NCBI GenBank assembly: GCA_049322675.1
Contig: JBMORM010000009.1
Coordinates: 222,132 to 286,131, forward strand
DNA from: Patescibacteria group bacterium
Lineage (GTDB): Bacteria; Patescibacteriota; JAHJAL01
Length of the DNA: 64,000 nucleotides
Direction: 5' to 3'
Positions 1 through 10,700 of this stretch are shown one piece after another. The position numbers were made by a program, and so were the translations under genes. Below the pieces are notes generated by a model, which did not search any database, was not told where the DNA came from, and saw nothing but the letters and a program-made list of their open reading frames with translations. The number at the start of each line of letters is the position of its first letter. Position 1 is the first letter of the stretch.

Positions 1-1
1 G

Positions 2-3000
2 TATTTGAATGGAAACGGCAGTTATCTGCTTGCCAATGACGAAAAAAGTTTGCATCCGACGAGCGCTTTCACCTGGGAAGGTTGGGTTTGGAAAGATCCG
101 GCGGTCAGCAACAGACAAGCCGAAGAACCGATTTTGGCCAGCAAATACGATGGTGGAAACAATGGTGAATTTGTCGTTTATTACAACAAAAATAATAAAT
201 TGCAGTTGAGAGTGGCGGATGGCAGCAGCAATGCATTGTCCAACGAATCGAGCCTAGTCAGTCCGCTCAATTGGCATCATGTGGTGGTAACTTTTGATAG
301 CGGAGTGGTCAAATTTTATATCGACGGAGCATTGGACATGACTCAAACTTTGTCTGTAACCAATTTGACGAAACCGCCATACAATAATAATCCGACAACA
401 ATGTCAGATTTGTATTTGGGCAACGATTGGCAATTAACAAAGGGCGCTTTTGTCGGTTACTTTGATGAAGTGGCTTATTACACCAGGGCTTTGACTTTTG
501 AAGAAATACAAAATCATTTTTCGATTACTGAAACTGGAGAAAATGGGGTGACAGTCAACAATCAGGACACTCTCGCCTACCCGACCGCGGGTTTGATAAC
601 AACCAGTAATAACGCGCAAGAATTGATGAATTTAAATTTTGACGAAACTTTGGCGGATAGCCACGGAGCGACACCAACAACAATGATTGAAACTAGCTGG
701 CAGAGACCGACTTTGAATCAAATATCATATGGCGGGAATACGAATAATAATATTGTTTTGGATTTGGGTGTTTCCGGTAATTGGGATGATGCCGGTTTGC
801 ACACTCCGGAAATAATAAGAGAGGGCAATACTTATAAAATGTGGTATGCCGGAACCGATGGAACCAACTATCGGATTGGATTAGCCACAAGTTTTGACGG
901 AATAACTTGGACAAAATTTAACGGGAATAATTGTACGGGGACAACCGGCAATGGCTGCGTATTTGATATTTCCAGCAGTGGTTTTGATAGCCAATATTTG
1001 ATGTCTCCAAGTATTATCAAAGATGGGAATGGTTATCACATGTGGTATTCGGGATACAACGGCGGTTGGGGAATTGGATATGCCACAAGTGCAGATGGTG
1101 TTAATTGGATGAGACAAAATAGCGGCAATACTGTATTAAGTCTGGGCGGGGCGGGAAGCTGGGATAATTTAGTCGTTGCTCATCCAAGTGTAATGAAAGA
1201 AGGCACTTTGTATAAAATGTGGTATGAAGGTAGCGGTTCTAATTACCTGATTGGATTAGCGACCAGTACGGACGGAGTGAATTGGACGAAGTATGATAAT
1301 GCAAATGATGCGGCTTGTGGATACAGCGAAGCAAATGATGACGGATGTCTTGTTGGTTTGGGAGCAAGTGGAGAATTTGATTCTACTCATCTACAAACGG
1401 TAAATATACAAAAATATCAGAAAAAATACTATTTATTTTACAGTGGAGACTCGGCAGGCAGTTTTACTCATAAATTGGGTCTGATGACTAGCGACAACGG
1501 TATTGATTGGACCAGAGAAAATGATGGTGATCAAATAATGGATTGGGGAACAAGTGGTGCTTGGGACGACTTCTCTCTTCGATCTCCAGCAGCAATAATA
1601 CAAAATAATCAGATGATGATTTTTTATGCCGGCAATGATTCTACTGATCAACGCATCGGGCTGGCGACGATGGATTTTGATCCGGGGCGGTTTGGGAAAT
1701 CGCTTTATATCGGCAACAATGATCAATATATTTATTCTTTGAATGATAAAATTAACCGCCGAGCGGGAACGATCAGTTTCTGGGCCAAGTTGGACAATGT
1801 TGCTGATGGTTTGCATGAAGTGTTCAATATTTTTGACAAAGACAATGGTCAAGACGGACTCTATCTGGCCATGCAAAATAATCAAATCGCTGTCGGATTG
1901 AATGGAGAACAAAACATTTTGACAGGCAAGGCGGATTTGACCAACAATTATTGGAACCAGGTGACATTGAGTTGGGAAAAACCAAGCGCCAACAATAAAA
2001 ATTTAAGATTATATGTCAATGGACAACTGATTGACAGTGTTGCTTTTGCTAGTCCGATTTCTAGTGGTTATGACAGTATCCAGTTGGGTGGCAATCCGGC
2101 TGAAAGCCGAGATTATCTCAAAGGCAATTTGGATGATTTTAGAATATATAGTCAGGCCGTCGGGGATGATGCAGCCAAAGAATTATATGAAGGGTCTTGG
2201 GGAAATTCCAGTAAAAGAAACCAAGACTTTGATAGCAATAGCGCAACCGTGAATCCGATCAGTGAAGGCACGATTGAATTTATTTATACTTCCGATTGGA
2301 GCTCGGCCGGAGATAACAACGTGAGAGTTTTGGCTGATAGCCTAGGCGGAGATGGTGCAAAATATGGTTCACAATATCAAAATAGTCAGACCGCTTTCAA
2401 CCGGTTGAGGATTTGGAAAGATGAGGGAACGGAGGCAAACACTAGTGATAGATTACATTTTGGAATACTGGACAATGACGGTGATTTGTACGAAATATAT
2501 ACCAATGAGACGATTGATTTTGCTCAAGGGACAAGTTACAAGATTGCCGCTATGTGGGACTTGGACAACAATGATCTGACTACGGGCGGAAGTAATATTA
2601 TGCGCCTGATAGTGGATAATGCAGTAGTGGCCGGTGACAATTTTACGACCGGAACCACCGCCAACAAGAAAAAAAATGGAAGCGACACAAGTAACACAGA
2701 ACCAATAATAGTGACCGCTGCACCAGAGAGATTTTATATCGGTAGCGGCAAACCAAACAAACAGACCAACCGATTGGCCAATCCAAGTTTTGAAGAAAAA
2801 ACCGGCAGTGATCCGAGCAATTGGAATAAAACCGGCACGATTAATTTTGATCAAACCGGCAGTAATAGTAAATTTGCCGCTTCGGCTGTATCGATCACCG
2901 GACCGGATACGACAAATAAATTGTCACAAACGATTTCGGGCGCAATACCGGGAACATATACTTTGTCCTGGTGGAGTAAGGGCACTACGGCAACCGCTAC

Positions 3001-4633
3001 TCAAAAAGTATATATTTCTTATCCGAGTAGCAATCAAACGGTCAACAATGATCCGGGAACAAATTATGTTTATAATCAAACGACTTTTACCACGACAGCA
3101 ACCGGCAATGTAACGGTAGAATTGTCGGCTGATGCGGGCGAGACTGTTTGGTTTGATGGTTTGACACTGGTGAGAAGTAGATTGGACGAAAACTACCAAA
3201 ACACTTCGAGCATATATAGCGATTTTAAAACGACCAATTTCTTGATGAGTCAGGAAGAATTGAACGCGGAAACTTTGGCACAAACATATAATACAACCAA
3301 TAAAAACGCTTCTCTAGCGGGTGAGACAAACAATGTTGAAGCGATCGCAGTAAAGAAGGTAAACACCAATGCGACGGCTGCCGACGACATTCTGTTTGTG
3401 GGAACCAAAGGATATTATTCCGAAGGAGCGGTAACACAAATCACTTTTGGCACAACCGATCAGAGAACCAATGAATACAGGCAGACAAGCGCGGGAACCG
3501 GTCTTACTTCCAATCGCATCAATTCGTTGTCATATAGTCAGGTCAGAAACAACTTGGCAGTAGCGACCGATGATGCCGGCATTTTCGGATTTTTGGAAGA
3601 AACTCCGGCCGTGATAACGATCACATCTCCGATTGGCGGCGAAGAATGGGAGGGAGGCAGCAGTCACAATATTACCTGGATTACCGACGGTGTTTGCGAT
3701 CATGTGGATATTGATTTGTCCACTGATTCGGGAACGACATTTAACCAAAGTATTGTCACATCGTTGGCCGATGCTGGCAGTTATACTTGGGATCCGATTG
3801 CCAGCGTCAACTCCGATCAGGCCAGAGTCAGAGTGGAGTGCGAAGACATTATGGGAAATATCTTGGCCAGTGATATTTCCGCCAATGATTATGTGATCGA
3901 TAGTACCAAGCCGACGGTGACTTTGAATGCAATCAGCAATCCAAATGGCGACAATGTGATATATGGACGAGGTACGGCTAGTGATACCGGTGGCGCTACC
4001 AGCGTCAGCCAGATTCAATACAAAATTGATAGCAATGATTGGAATACCGCCTTGATAACCGCAAATCCCGGCACAACCAATGTCGAATATGACTTTAGCA
4101 CTACGGCTTTGGGCGGGGGCGAGCATACGATATATGTCCGCGCCAAAGACTCGAGTTTGCCGGGTGGAAATGAAACTGATCAAACGATGTCGGCCAGCCG
4201 CAGTTTTAACGTCGATGAATTGAGTGTCAATTTTTCCAAAACATCTTTTGATGCCAATCTGGATGTCGGTGACACTGGTATTTTCAATGATTCTTTGACA
4301 ATCACAGTTTCCGGTTTTGGCACAGCCTACAATATTGGTATCAAAGCCAATGATGTACCTACCCACAATATTTACGATTCAGAAATTATTCCATTTTATA
4401 CCGGCAACGACAACTGGAGCAGTAACACCAAGGGATTTGGTTGGAGATATCAGGGTTACAACAATGGTTATTACAATGCTTTCCCACTAACAGATTATCA
4501 GGTTTTTTATACAGGCAAAGCTAATACTAACGGTGTACCGACCCAAGTTGATTTTAAAGCGGTGGCGGATTGGACGGTGGACGCAGGAACGTATAATAGC
4601 AGCGTGAGCGTGATTGTGACACCTAGGTATTGA
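2..4633 (+). CDS. Giant extracellular multidomain protein 1. It is 5'-truncated by the window edge, with at least 1542 aa visible. Domains in order: LamG/ConA-like; five-bladed beta-propeller (GH43/GH130-like fold); LamG-like; CBM4/9-like; Ig-like; conserved C-terminal module.
   Basis: The ORF is open from the window start in frame 2 and ends at TGA 4631-4633. LamG-type motifs are present (…FTWEGWVWKD…, …LDDFRIYSQAV…). The blade motif G.WD..HP..…Y.MWY.G…IGLATS.DG..W is repeated five times. The C-terminus …SVSVIVTPRY is homologous to the C-termini of the four downstream giant genes. Confidence 0.85.
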   Translation, partial: YLNGNGSYLLANDEKSLHPTSAFTWEGWVWKDPAVSNRQAEEPILASKYDGGNNGEFVVYYNKNNKLQLRVADGSSNALSNESSLVSPLNWHHVVVTFDSGVVKFYIDGALDMTQTLSVTNLTKPPYNNNPTTMSDLYLGNDWQLTKGAFVGYFDEVAYYTRALTFEEIQNHFSITETGENGVTVNNQDTLAYPTAGLITTSNNAQELMNLNFDETLADSHGATPTTMIETSWQRPTLNQISYGGNTNNNIVLDLGVSGNWDDAGLHTPEIIREGNTYKMWYAGTDGTNYRIGLATSFDGITWTKFNGNNCTGTTGNGCVFDISSSGFDSQYLMSPSIIKDGNGYHMWYSGYNGGWGIGYATSADGVNWMRQNSGNTVLSLGGAGSWDNLVVAHPSVMKEGTLYKMWYEGSGSNYLIGLATSTDGVNWTKYDNANDAACGYSEANDDGCLVGLGASGEFDSTHLQTVNIQKYQKKYYLFYSGDSAGSFTHKLGLMTSDNGIDWTRENDGDQIMDWGTSGAWDDFSLRSPAAIIQNNQMMIFYAGNDSTDQRIGLATMDFDPGRFGKSLYIGNNDQYIYSLNDKINRRAGTISFWAKLDNVADGLHEVFNIFDKDNGQDGLYLAMQNNQIAVGLNGEQNILTGKADLTNNYWNQVTLSWEKPSANNKNLRLYVNGQLIDSVAFASPISSGYDSIQLGGNPAESRDYLKGNLDDFRIYSQAVGDDAAKELYEGSWGNSSKRNQDFDSNSATVNPISEGTIEFIYTSDWSSAGDNNVRVLADSLGGDGAKYGSQYQNSQTAFNRLRIWKDEGTEANTSDRLHFGILDNDGDLYEIYTNETIDFAQGTSYKIAAMWDLDNNDLTTGGSNIMRLIVDNAVVAGDNFTTGTTANKKKNGSDTSNTEPIIVTAAPERFYIGSGKPNKQTNRLANPSFEEKTGSDPSNWNKTGTINFDQTGSNSKFAASAVSITGPDTTNKLSQTISGAIPGTYTLSWWSKGTTATATQKVYISYPSSNQTVNNDPGTNYVYNQTTFTTTATGNVTVELSADAGETVWFDGLTLVRSRLDENYQNTSSIYSDFKTTNFLMSQEELNAETLAQTYNTTNKNASLAGETNNVEAIAVKKVNTNATAADDILFVGTKGYYSEGAVTQITFGTTDQRTNEYRQTSAGTGLTSNRINSLSYSQVRNNLAVATDDAGIFGFLEETPAVITITSPIGGEEWEGGSSHNITWITDGVCDHVDIDLSTDSGTTFNQSIVTSLADAGSYTWDPIASVNSDQARVRVECEDIMGNILASDISANDYVIDSTKPTVTLNAISNPNGDNVIYGRGTASDTGGATSVSQIQYKIDSNDWNTALITANPGTTNVEYDFSTTALGGGEHTIYVRAKDSSLPGGNETDQTMSASRSFNVDELSVNFSKTSFDANLDVGDTGIFNDSLTITVSGFGTAYNIGIKANDVPTHNIYDSEIIPFYTGNDNWSSNTKGFGWRYQGYNNGYYNAFPLTDYQVFYTGKANTNGVPTQVDFKAVADWTVDAGTYNSSVSVIVTPRY
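746..1685 (+). other. Five-bladed beta-propeller region (GH43/GH32/GH130-like fold), possibly non-catalytic.
   Basis: Five units of about 55-60 aa: NWDDAGLHTPEIIREGNTYKMWYAGTDGTNYRIGLATSFDGITW; …SPSIIKDGNGYHMWYSGYNGGWGIGYATSADGVNW; …SWDNLVVAHPSVMKEGTLYKMWYEGSGSNYLIGLATSTDGVNW; …KYYLFYSGDSAGSFTHKLGLMTSDNGIDW; …AWDDFSLRSPAAIIQNNQMMIFYAGNDSTDQRIGLATMDFD. No obvious catalytic DP or DPR acid motif is visible. Confidence 0.5.
2762..3179 (+). other. CBM4/9/22-like carbohydrate-binding beta-sandwich inside giant protein 1.
   Basis: NPSFEE…WNKTG…GTYTLSWWSKG…VWFDGLTLVR matches the N.sFE…W…G.Y.ls.w.k…d.v.l pattern typical of CBM_4_9. Confidence 0.4.
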
Positions 4634-4637
4634 ACAC

Positions 4638-4747
4638 AAATTTCCAATTTCCAATTCTCAATTTCCAAACAATATTTGGTTAAGACATTAAAAAGAAATA
4701 ATGAAATATAGAAATAATTTAAATTGGAAAATGGAAATTGGAAATTT
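4638..4747. repeat. Intergenic element of 110 nt with perfect 16-bp terminal inverted repeats (AAATTTCCAATTTCCA … TGGAAATTGGAAATTT). It is built from four direct TTTCCAA-type heptamers and three inverted TTGGAAA heptamers around a 78-nt AT-rich core. It could be a MITE-like element, a long hairpin terminator, or an operator.
   Basis: Read directly. The left arm 4638-4653 is the exact reverse complement of the right arm 4732-4747. The heptamers TTTCCAA TTTCCAA TTCTCAA TTTCCAA lie at 4641-4668 and TTGGAAA ATGGAAA TTGGAAA at 4724-4744. The element sits between the stop of giant gene 1 (4633) and the ATG of giant gene 2 (4771). Confidence 0.6.
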
Positions 4748-4770
4748 AAATAAAAAAATATTTTAAATAA

Positions 4771-7700
4771 ATGACGAAGCAAAAACACAAATCTAAATTA
4801 TATCTTTTCAGTCTGGGCTTGTTGCCGTTGTTGATGATGGGCAATATTTCCGGGGAAAATTTATTGAAAAATATTGCCGGTACTTCCGAACCAAAAGCGA
4901 TTATAGCTCAAACCGGTTTGTTGGCTGACGGGTATTACCGATACAAAGACGATTCAATCGGAGTAGAGTTTGGCGATCGAAACAATGGCGAAACTCAGTC
5001 AGTTACCTTTTTGTCAGCACCTACGACAGAAAAAAACGATAATTATTCGCGACCAAAAAGTATTTCCTGGAAGATAATTGATCCTGATGATAAAAATGCG
5101 GGATGGTTGGAAAAATTGACTACCAAAATTGCCAATAATTTGGGTGGTAGATTTGCTAGCACAAATTGGAAAATTGATGGAGACCAAGCTGTTTTGTACG
5201 AAGTGCTGCCGGATGTTGATTTGCGTTATAAAATATTGCCCGGATTGGGGTTGAAGGAAGAGTTGATTGTAAAAGGGACAAAAGAGCAGGTGGAAGAGAA
5301 ATACTCTTTCGATTTGGTAACCGAACAAGGCTTGAAATTGCAAAAAGCTAGTGAAGACAATCAATACAATTTGGAAGTAGATTCATATTATTTCACGGAC
5401 ACTAGGGACAATTATGTGGCTCACTTTTTGCCACTTACCATTTATGACTCCAATGGACAAAGTAGCAATGAGGCTTCTTTGGATATAACAAATAATGGGG
5501 GTAATGATTACAAAATTACAATAACCCTCGATCATGACTGGTTGTATAACGTCGATCGACAATATCCGATTTTTATCGATCCGACGATCGTCCATGACGA
5601 TTTGACTGATTTTAATACCGGTAACGCTATGAATCGAGTAGAAGCCGTCGCCGGACCAAAAGTGCAGTTGTCCAATCAAGAATTGGCGGCCGGTGCTTCA
5701 ACTATTGGTTTGTGGCATATGAATGAAACTTCCGGTTCCACGGTTACTGATTTTTCCGGTAATAGTAACAATGGCACGGCCACAGGGACCACTATCATTG
5801 ACGGCAAATTGAACAAGGCAAGAAGTTTCAATGGTACTAGTGATTTGATAAATTTAGGTAAAAATCCATCAGTCAAAGGTTCTTCACAAGTCACAATTGA
5901 AGGCTGGATTTACCCGACCAGTTTAACAAATTATTTTCCAATTTATTTCGAATCAAATAATACCAGTGGTTATACCAGGTTGATGCTTCGAGTAGGTACC
6001 GATGGTTCGTTGAATATGGGTGGACGTGATACTGACGGCACCCCTGCTTATGTGACTTTCGCCACTAGCGCAACCGGTCTGATTACAACAAACAAATGGT
6101 ATCATGTGACTGGTGTTTACAATGCAGATACAGATATTCATAAAGTTTATATAAATGGTACCGATGTTACTAGTTCGGGAAATGTGACGGCGGCCACTTT
6201 TCCAAATACTGTTCCGACAGACAATATTTTTCTTGGATTTGTTACCGGAGGAACTTATGCCAGTGGTACTTTGGACGAAATTAGATTAATTAAACGAGCA
6301 TTATCTACAGAAGAAATTAAAGCTGATGCCGGTCTGAGACCTTATGGTGTTTATACTTCCGATGTGCTTGATCTGGAATCGGTCAATCCTACATTTAATA
6401 ATATCAATTGGACGGAAAACGGCGTGCGAACCGGCGATGGTGAAACTGATTTATCAACAACTAGTTTGGTTGCACAGTGGAATTTCAATGAAACTAGTGG
6501 CACGACTGCTTCAGTTAGCGCTGGTAGTTGTGGCAGTAATTGCAATGGCACTTTGACTAATATGACGACTACCGGACAAGATGCCAGCGCCACTTCCGGT
6601 TGGACCGCAAATAATAAAAGATGGGGAGCAGGTGCCTTGATGTTTGACGGTACGGATGATTATGTAGTAGGGATTGGAAATTCAGGCATGTCTGGTAACC
6701 CCACTTTTACTTTGGAGGCATGGTTTAAGCCAAATATATTAAACGATGCTACAATAGTTGGATTCGGAGATGGTAACACTTCTTTAGGTGCTGGTTCAAT
6801 GTTTTTGGGGGCAAATGGTTCACTATCATTAGCAACAGCTGGATCGAATAATGCAACTACTAGCACTGGAATAATAAAATCCGGACAATGGTATCACGTA
6901 GTAATAGTAAAAATTCCAGGTGCTATTAATTCAACCACAAAAATATATATTAATGGAATTGAATATCCGGTTACTGGATCAACTAGTACGCCAAACATTA
7001 CTAATCTGCCGGTTGTCTTCGGTAAATTTCCAAACTACAGCGGCTATTATTTTAATGGCACTATTGACTCCAGTCGGATTTATTCTCGCGCTCTCTCAGT
7101 CGATGAAATTTTGTCCAATTATCAAGCCGGCAATGTCCAATTTCAAACACGCACGGGAACGGACAATACACCGGATGATGGATCATGGGAAGACTGGCGA
7201 GCAGCGGGTAGTGGCGTAGAAACACAAATATTAAATATTGATACCGATAGTAGCAATTGGAACACAGACGAGATTGACGTTACTAATATTGTCAAAACTA
7301 ATGACACTGTCGTCAAACAAGAAGGCTCTGGTTCGCTAAAAATATCTACCGGCGCTGCCCAAGCTGACGCCAATACGGTTGGCTTGTGGCACTTGGACGA
7401 AACCGGTGGATCAGGTGCATATATCAAAGATGGCAGTGGCAATAGCAATCATGGCACACCGACCGGTACTAGTGTTACAAGTGGAATTAGTGGCAAAGCG
7501 AGAAGTTTTAATGGTAGCAATGACTATATTTCCATCCCCAACCCTTCCAGCGGTTTAACTTCTGGCGGAACAAAAACCATTAGTGCTTGGATCAAGACCA
7601 GTTCAACCCGAGGAGTAATTTTTAATTCATATGATGGGACCAATGGCTATCAAATATATGTTGATACATCTGGTAATCTCACTCTATATAGCAATGGCGG

Positions 7701-10700
7701 TGGGGTTCTTGTTACCTCTAGCAAAGTAAATGATAATTTATGGCATCATGTGGCCGCTGTGTGGGACGGGACAAACGCCTATATTTATCTTGATGGTGTT
7801 CAGAAAATTTCTGGAGCCAGAACTATCACTACAAATGTTACTTCGCAAGTTCAAATTGGAGTTCAATGTAATGGAAGCTGTCCAACTAGCGCAGATTACT
7901 ATTTTAATGGTTATATTGATGAAGTAAAAATTTCCAATGTCGCCCGAACCGCCGATGAAATTGCCGAAACCTACCGCATGGGTCGCGATCACCGTTTGGA
8001 TCGCACGATTTCTTCTACTGATTTGTCAGAAAAATCGTCATTACCCTTCTATATCGCCGCTGACAAACCGGGAACCTATTTGGAAACTACTATCGGCGAG
8101 TCCGCTTTTGCCAATAATGTATCAGATAGCAATACGGTTGGTTTGTGGCATTTAGAAGAACAGTCTGGCAGCGGAGCATATATAAAAGATAGTTCATCTT
8201 ATGCCAACCATGGCACTCCAACCGGGACTACTGTATCTGATGGTAAAATTGGTAAAGCTAGAAGTTTTAATGGCAGTAGTGATTATATAAATTTGGGCAA
8301 CAATTCATCTTTATCGTCTGACACTCAAACAATTTCTTTTTGGTTGGCAAACAAAGGCACAAATAAAACGGCATATATTATTGACAGAAGTCCCAATTCT
8401 GACTCATGGGGTACGTTTGGAATTGTATATTATTCCAGTCAACTATATGTTACCGCCGATGGAGAACATCAGGTCGTAATACCGTATAGTTCTCTCAGTA
8501 ATGGAGATTTTCTGACATTTACTTTTAATTACCCAACTGTCAATTTTTATTTAAATGGTAAATTATACAATACCTTAACTTTTTCTAACCATTTTAATGC
8601 AGGCAGTAGCTATGCGACATCAATTGGTAGAGCCGGAGAATATAATAATTATTTTTTTGACGGCGCTATTGATGAAGTCCGCATTGATAATGTTGTTCGA
8701 ACCGCCGACGAAATCCGCCAAGCGTATGAAATCGGTAGTCGTACTCATGCGGTTACAATTGACTTTGCCGCCGGATTGGATAGTGGTGATTTGATTTCTG
8801 GTTCTTCCGACACTTCATTTACTATCGACGCTACCACCAAGGGTTTAAGTCAAAAAGGCGCCAATCTTTATGTTGGCGATAAAATCATCGTTCGTGAAAA
8901 TTATGATGGCACCGAATATGTTGCTCAAGGTTTAGTAAATTCGGTGGATATATCTACCGGCGCTGTGACGGTTAGTACGTGGGATAGCGGATCAACTTTT
9001 CCAAGTAGCGGTTTTACCGTCAAGGCGGATGTTTTTAAATGGCAACGAGAATATTTTGATATCACTTCTTCGATGTCGTCTCAACGTAATGCCGTTACTC
9101 ATATTACCACTCGTTTTACCAACGGCTCGGAAGGACGAACTATATGGTTGGACGATTTTAAATCCGTATCCAACTATTTAACCAATCCTATTGGCAGCAC
9201 TATTACTTCTAGTCCCCATCGCTATTTTCAGTATCGTTTGATTCCGACTACTACCAATATTCAAACCACTCCGTCAGTTGCGGCGATAACTTTGGATTAC
9301 GAAAAATCCAACATGACTATTTCCGGTGGTTCAACCACTCAAACTTCGTTGAACAATAATAACAAGCAATCATTCAATATTACAGTTGGAGGGGTGACTT
9401 GTGATGAAGTAGATACGACTGTAACTGCCCAGGTTTCTTGGAACCAAATCGATTGGTATGAAGTCGATCAGACAATTTCGCCGGTAAACAATCTGAATAT
9501 CACAAAAGATATGAATTTGACTACCATGAACGGTTATCCCACGGCTGAGGGAAATGTCACGATTTATGTTCGCGCCGAAACAGAAACAACAACAAGCAAC
9601 ATCGAATCTTTGATAATATTAAAAGATACTATCAATCCGATAGTGGCAACTATTACTAGCGTCGCGAGCGATGTAAATTTACCATTCAATGACACTACCA
9701 ACGACGGGAGTACTTTGGTTGTTTATACTGCTGCAAGTGATGCCAACACCTGCAAATGGGATGAAAGCGACTTGACTTATGGCGCAATGTCACATTATTG
9801 CGAGTCGACCACTAACTGTACTTTAAATTTGACCGGATATGGCGATAAAGATGTATATATGCGATGTAAAGACAATGCGGGTAACGAAAACAACGATCTA
9901 CTCTCCCCTGCTCCGACTTTTTCTTACACCATCGGTGGTATCAGCATGGATTCGGCTGGTACAGATGAGACGTTTTTGAATAACAATAATAAAAATAATT
10001 TTGGCCTCAAAGGCAATAACATAATTTATGAAGCTACCGGAGAAAATGTCGTTTTGCAGGGATCTTGGAATCAGACTGATTGGTACGATGTAACGACAGT
10101 GGCCAGTCCGGTCAATGGAGAAACTGTATCAGGAGCGGCAGACGTGGCTAGTTGGAATGGCTATTCGGCTGATGGAGATGTCACTGTTTATCTGCGTGCC
10201 AAAGGTGGGACAAGCGAATATAGCGAAATTAGATCTTTTCTAACAACAAAAGACACGACGGAAGCGGGCGTAACCGGGATTGTCAGTGTGGCTGGCGATA
10301 GCGATGTGCCGTTTGTTGATCCGACTAACAATTTGAATACCCAAGTTTTATATACCGCATCGGCGGACGCCGCCAGTTGCAAATGGGACACCAATAGTGC
10401 TTTGACTTTTACGGAAATGGCCAATACTTGCGAGAATACGAGCAGTTGTACTTTGGATTTGGAAGGTCGGGGCAATCATACTGTGTATTTTAAATGCCAA
10501 GACATACATGGCAACAATCAGACCAATAATTATGCTTTGACTTACAGCATCAATTCTGCCAGCGAACAACCTTTGGGTTGGTTGCAAACTCGGACGGTCA
10601 AGATCGATCCGGCAACGCCGCTGGCCGATTATCAAGTGCGGGTGGAATTGACGCCGACTACTTTTGATTATGATAATACCAAATCGGACGGCAGCGATAT

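Noticed and set aside
2667-2678. An A8 homopolymer (AAGAAAAAAAATGG) inside giant gene 1 as a phase-variation slippage tract.
   Set aside because: A run of 8 A residues is short and unremarkable at this AT content. No similar tract recurs near the other gene starts.
3530-4366. Long antisense or off-frame ORFs inside the giant genes (for example 3530-4366 -, 10348-11121 -, 12814-13479 -, 12977-13588 +, 1433-1912 -, 45122-45574 -, 55354-55641 +, 61232-61951 +).
   Set aside because: They lie wholly within, and antisense to or out of frame with, strongly supported coding regions. Their products are low-complexity and Ile/Arg/Cys-rich, as expected from the complement of AT-rich N/T/G-rich coding sequence. 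They have no recognisable motifs and are spurious.
4631-4633. Possibility of an alternative genetic code with TGA read as Gly, as in Gracilibacteria/Absconditabacteria (code 25).
   Set aside because: Giant genes 1, 4 and 5 end at TGA exactly where the conserved C-terminal …TS.Y module ends, and the downstream frames are full of stops. The standard code (table 11) fits.
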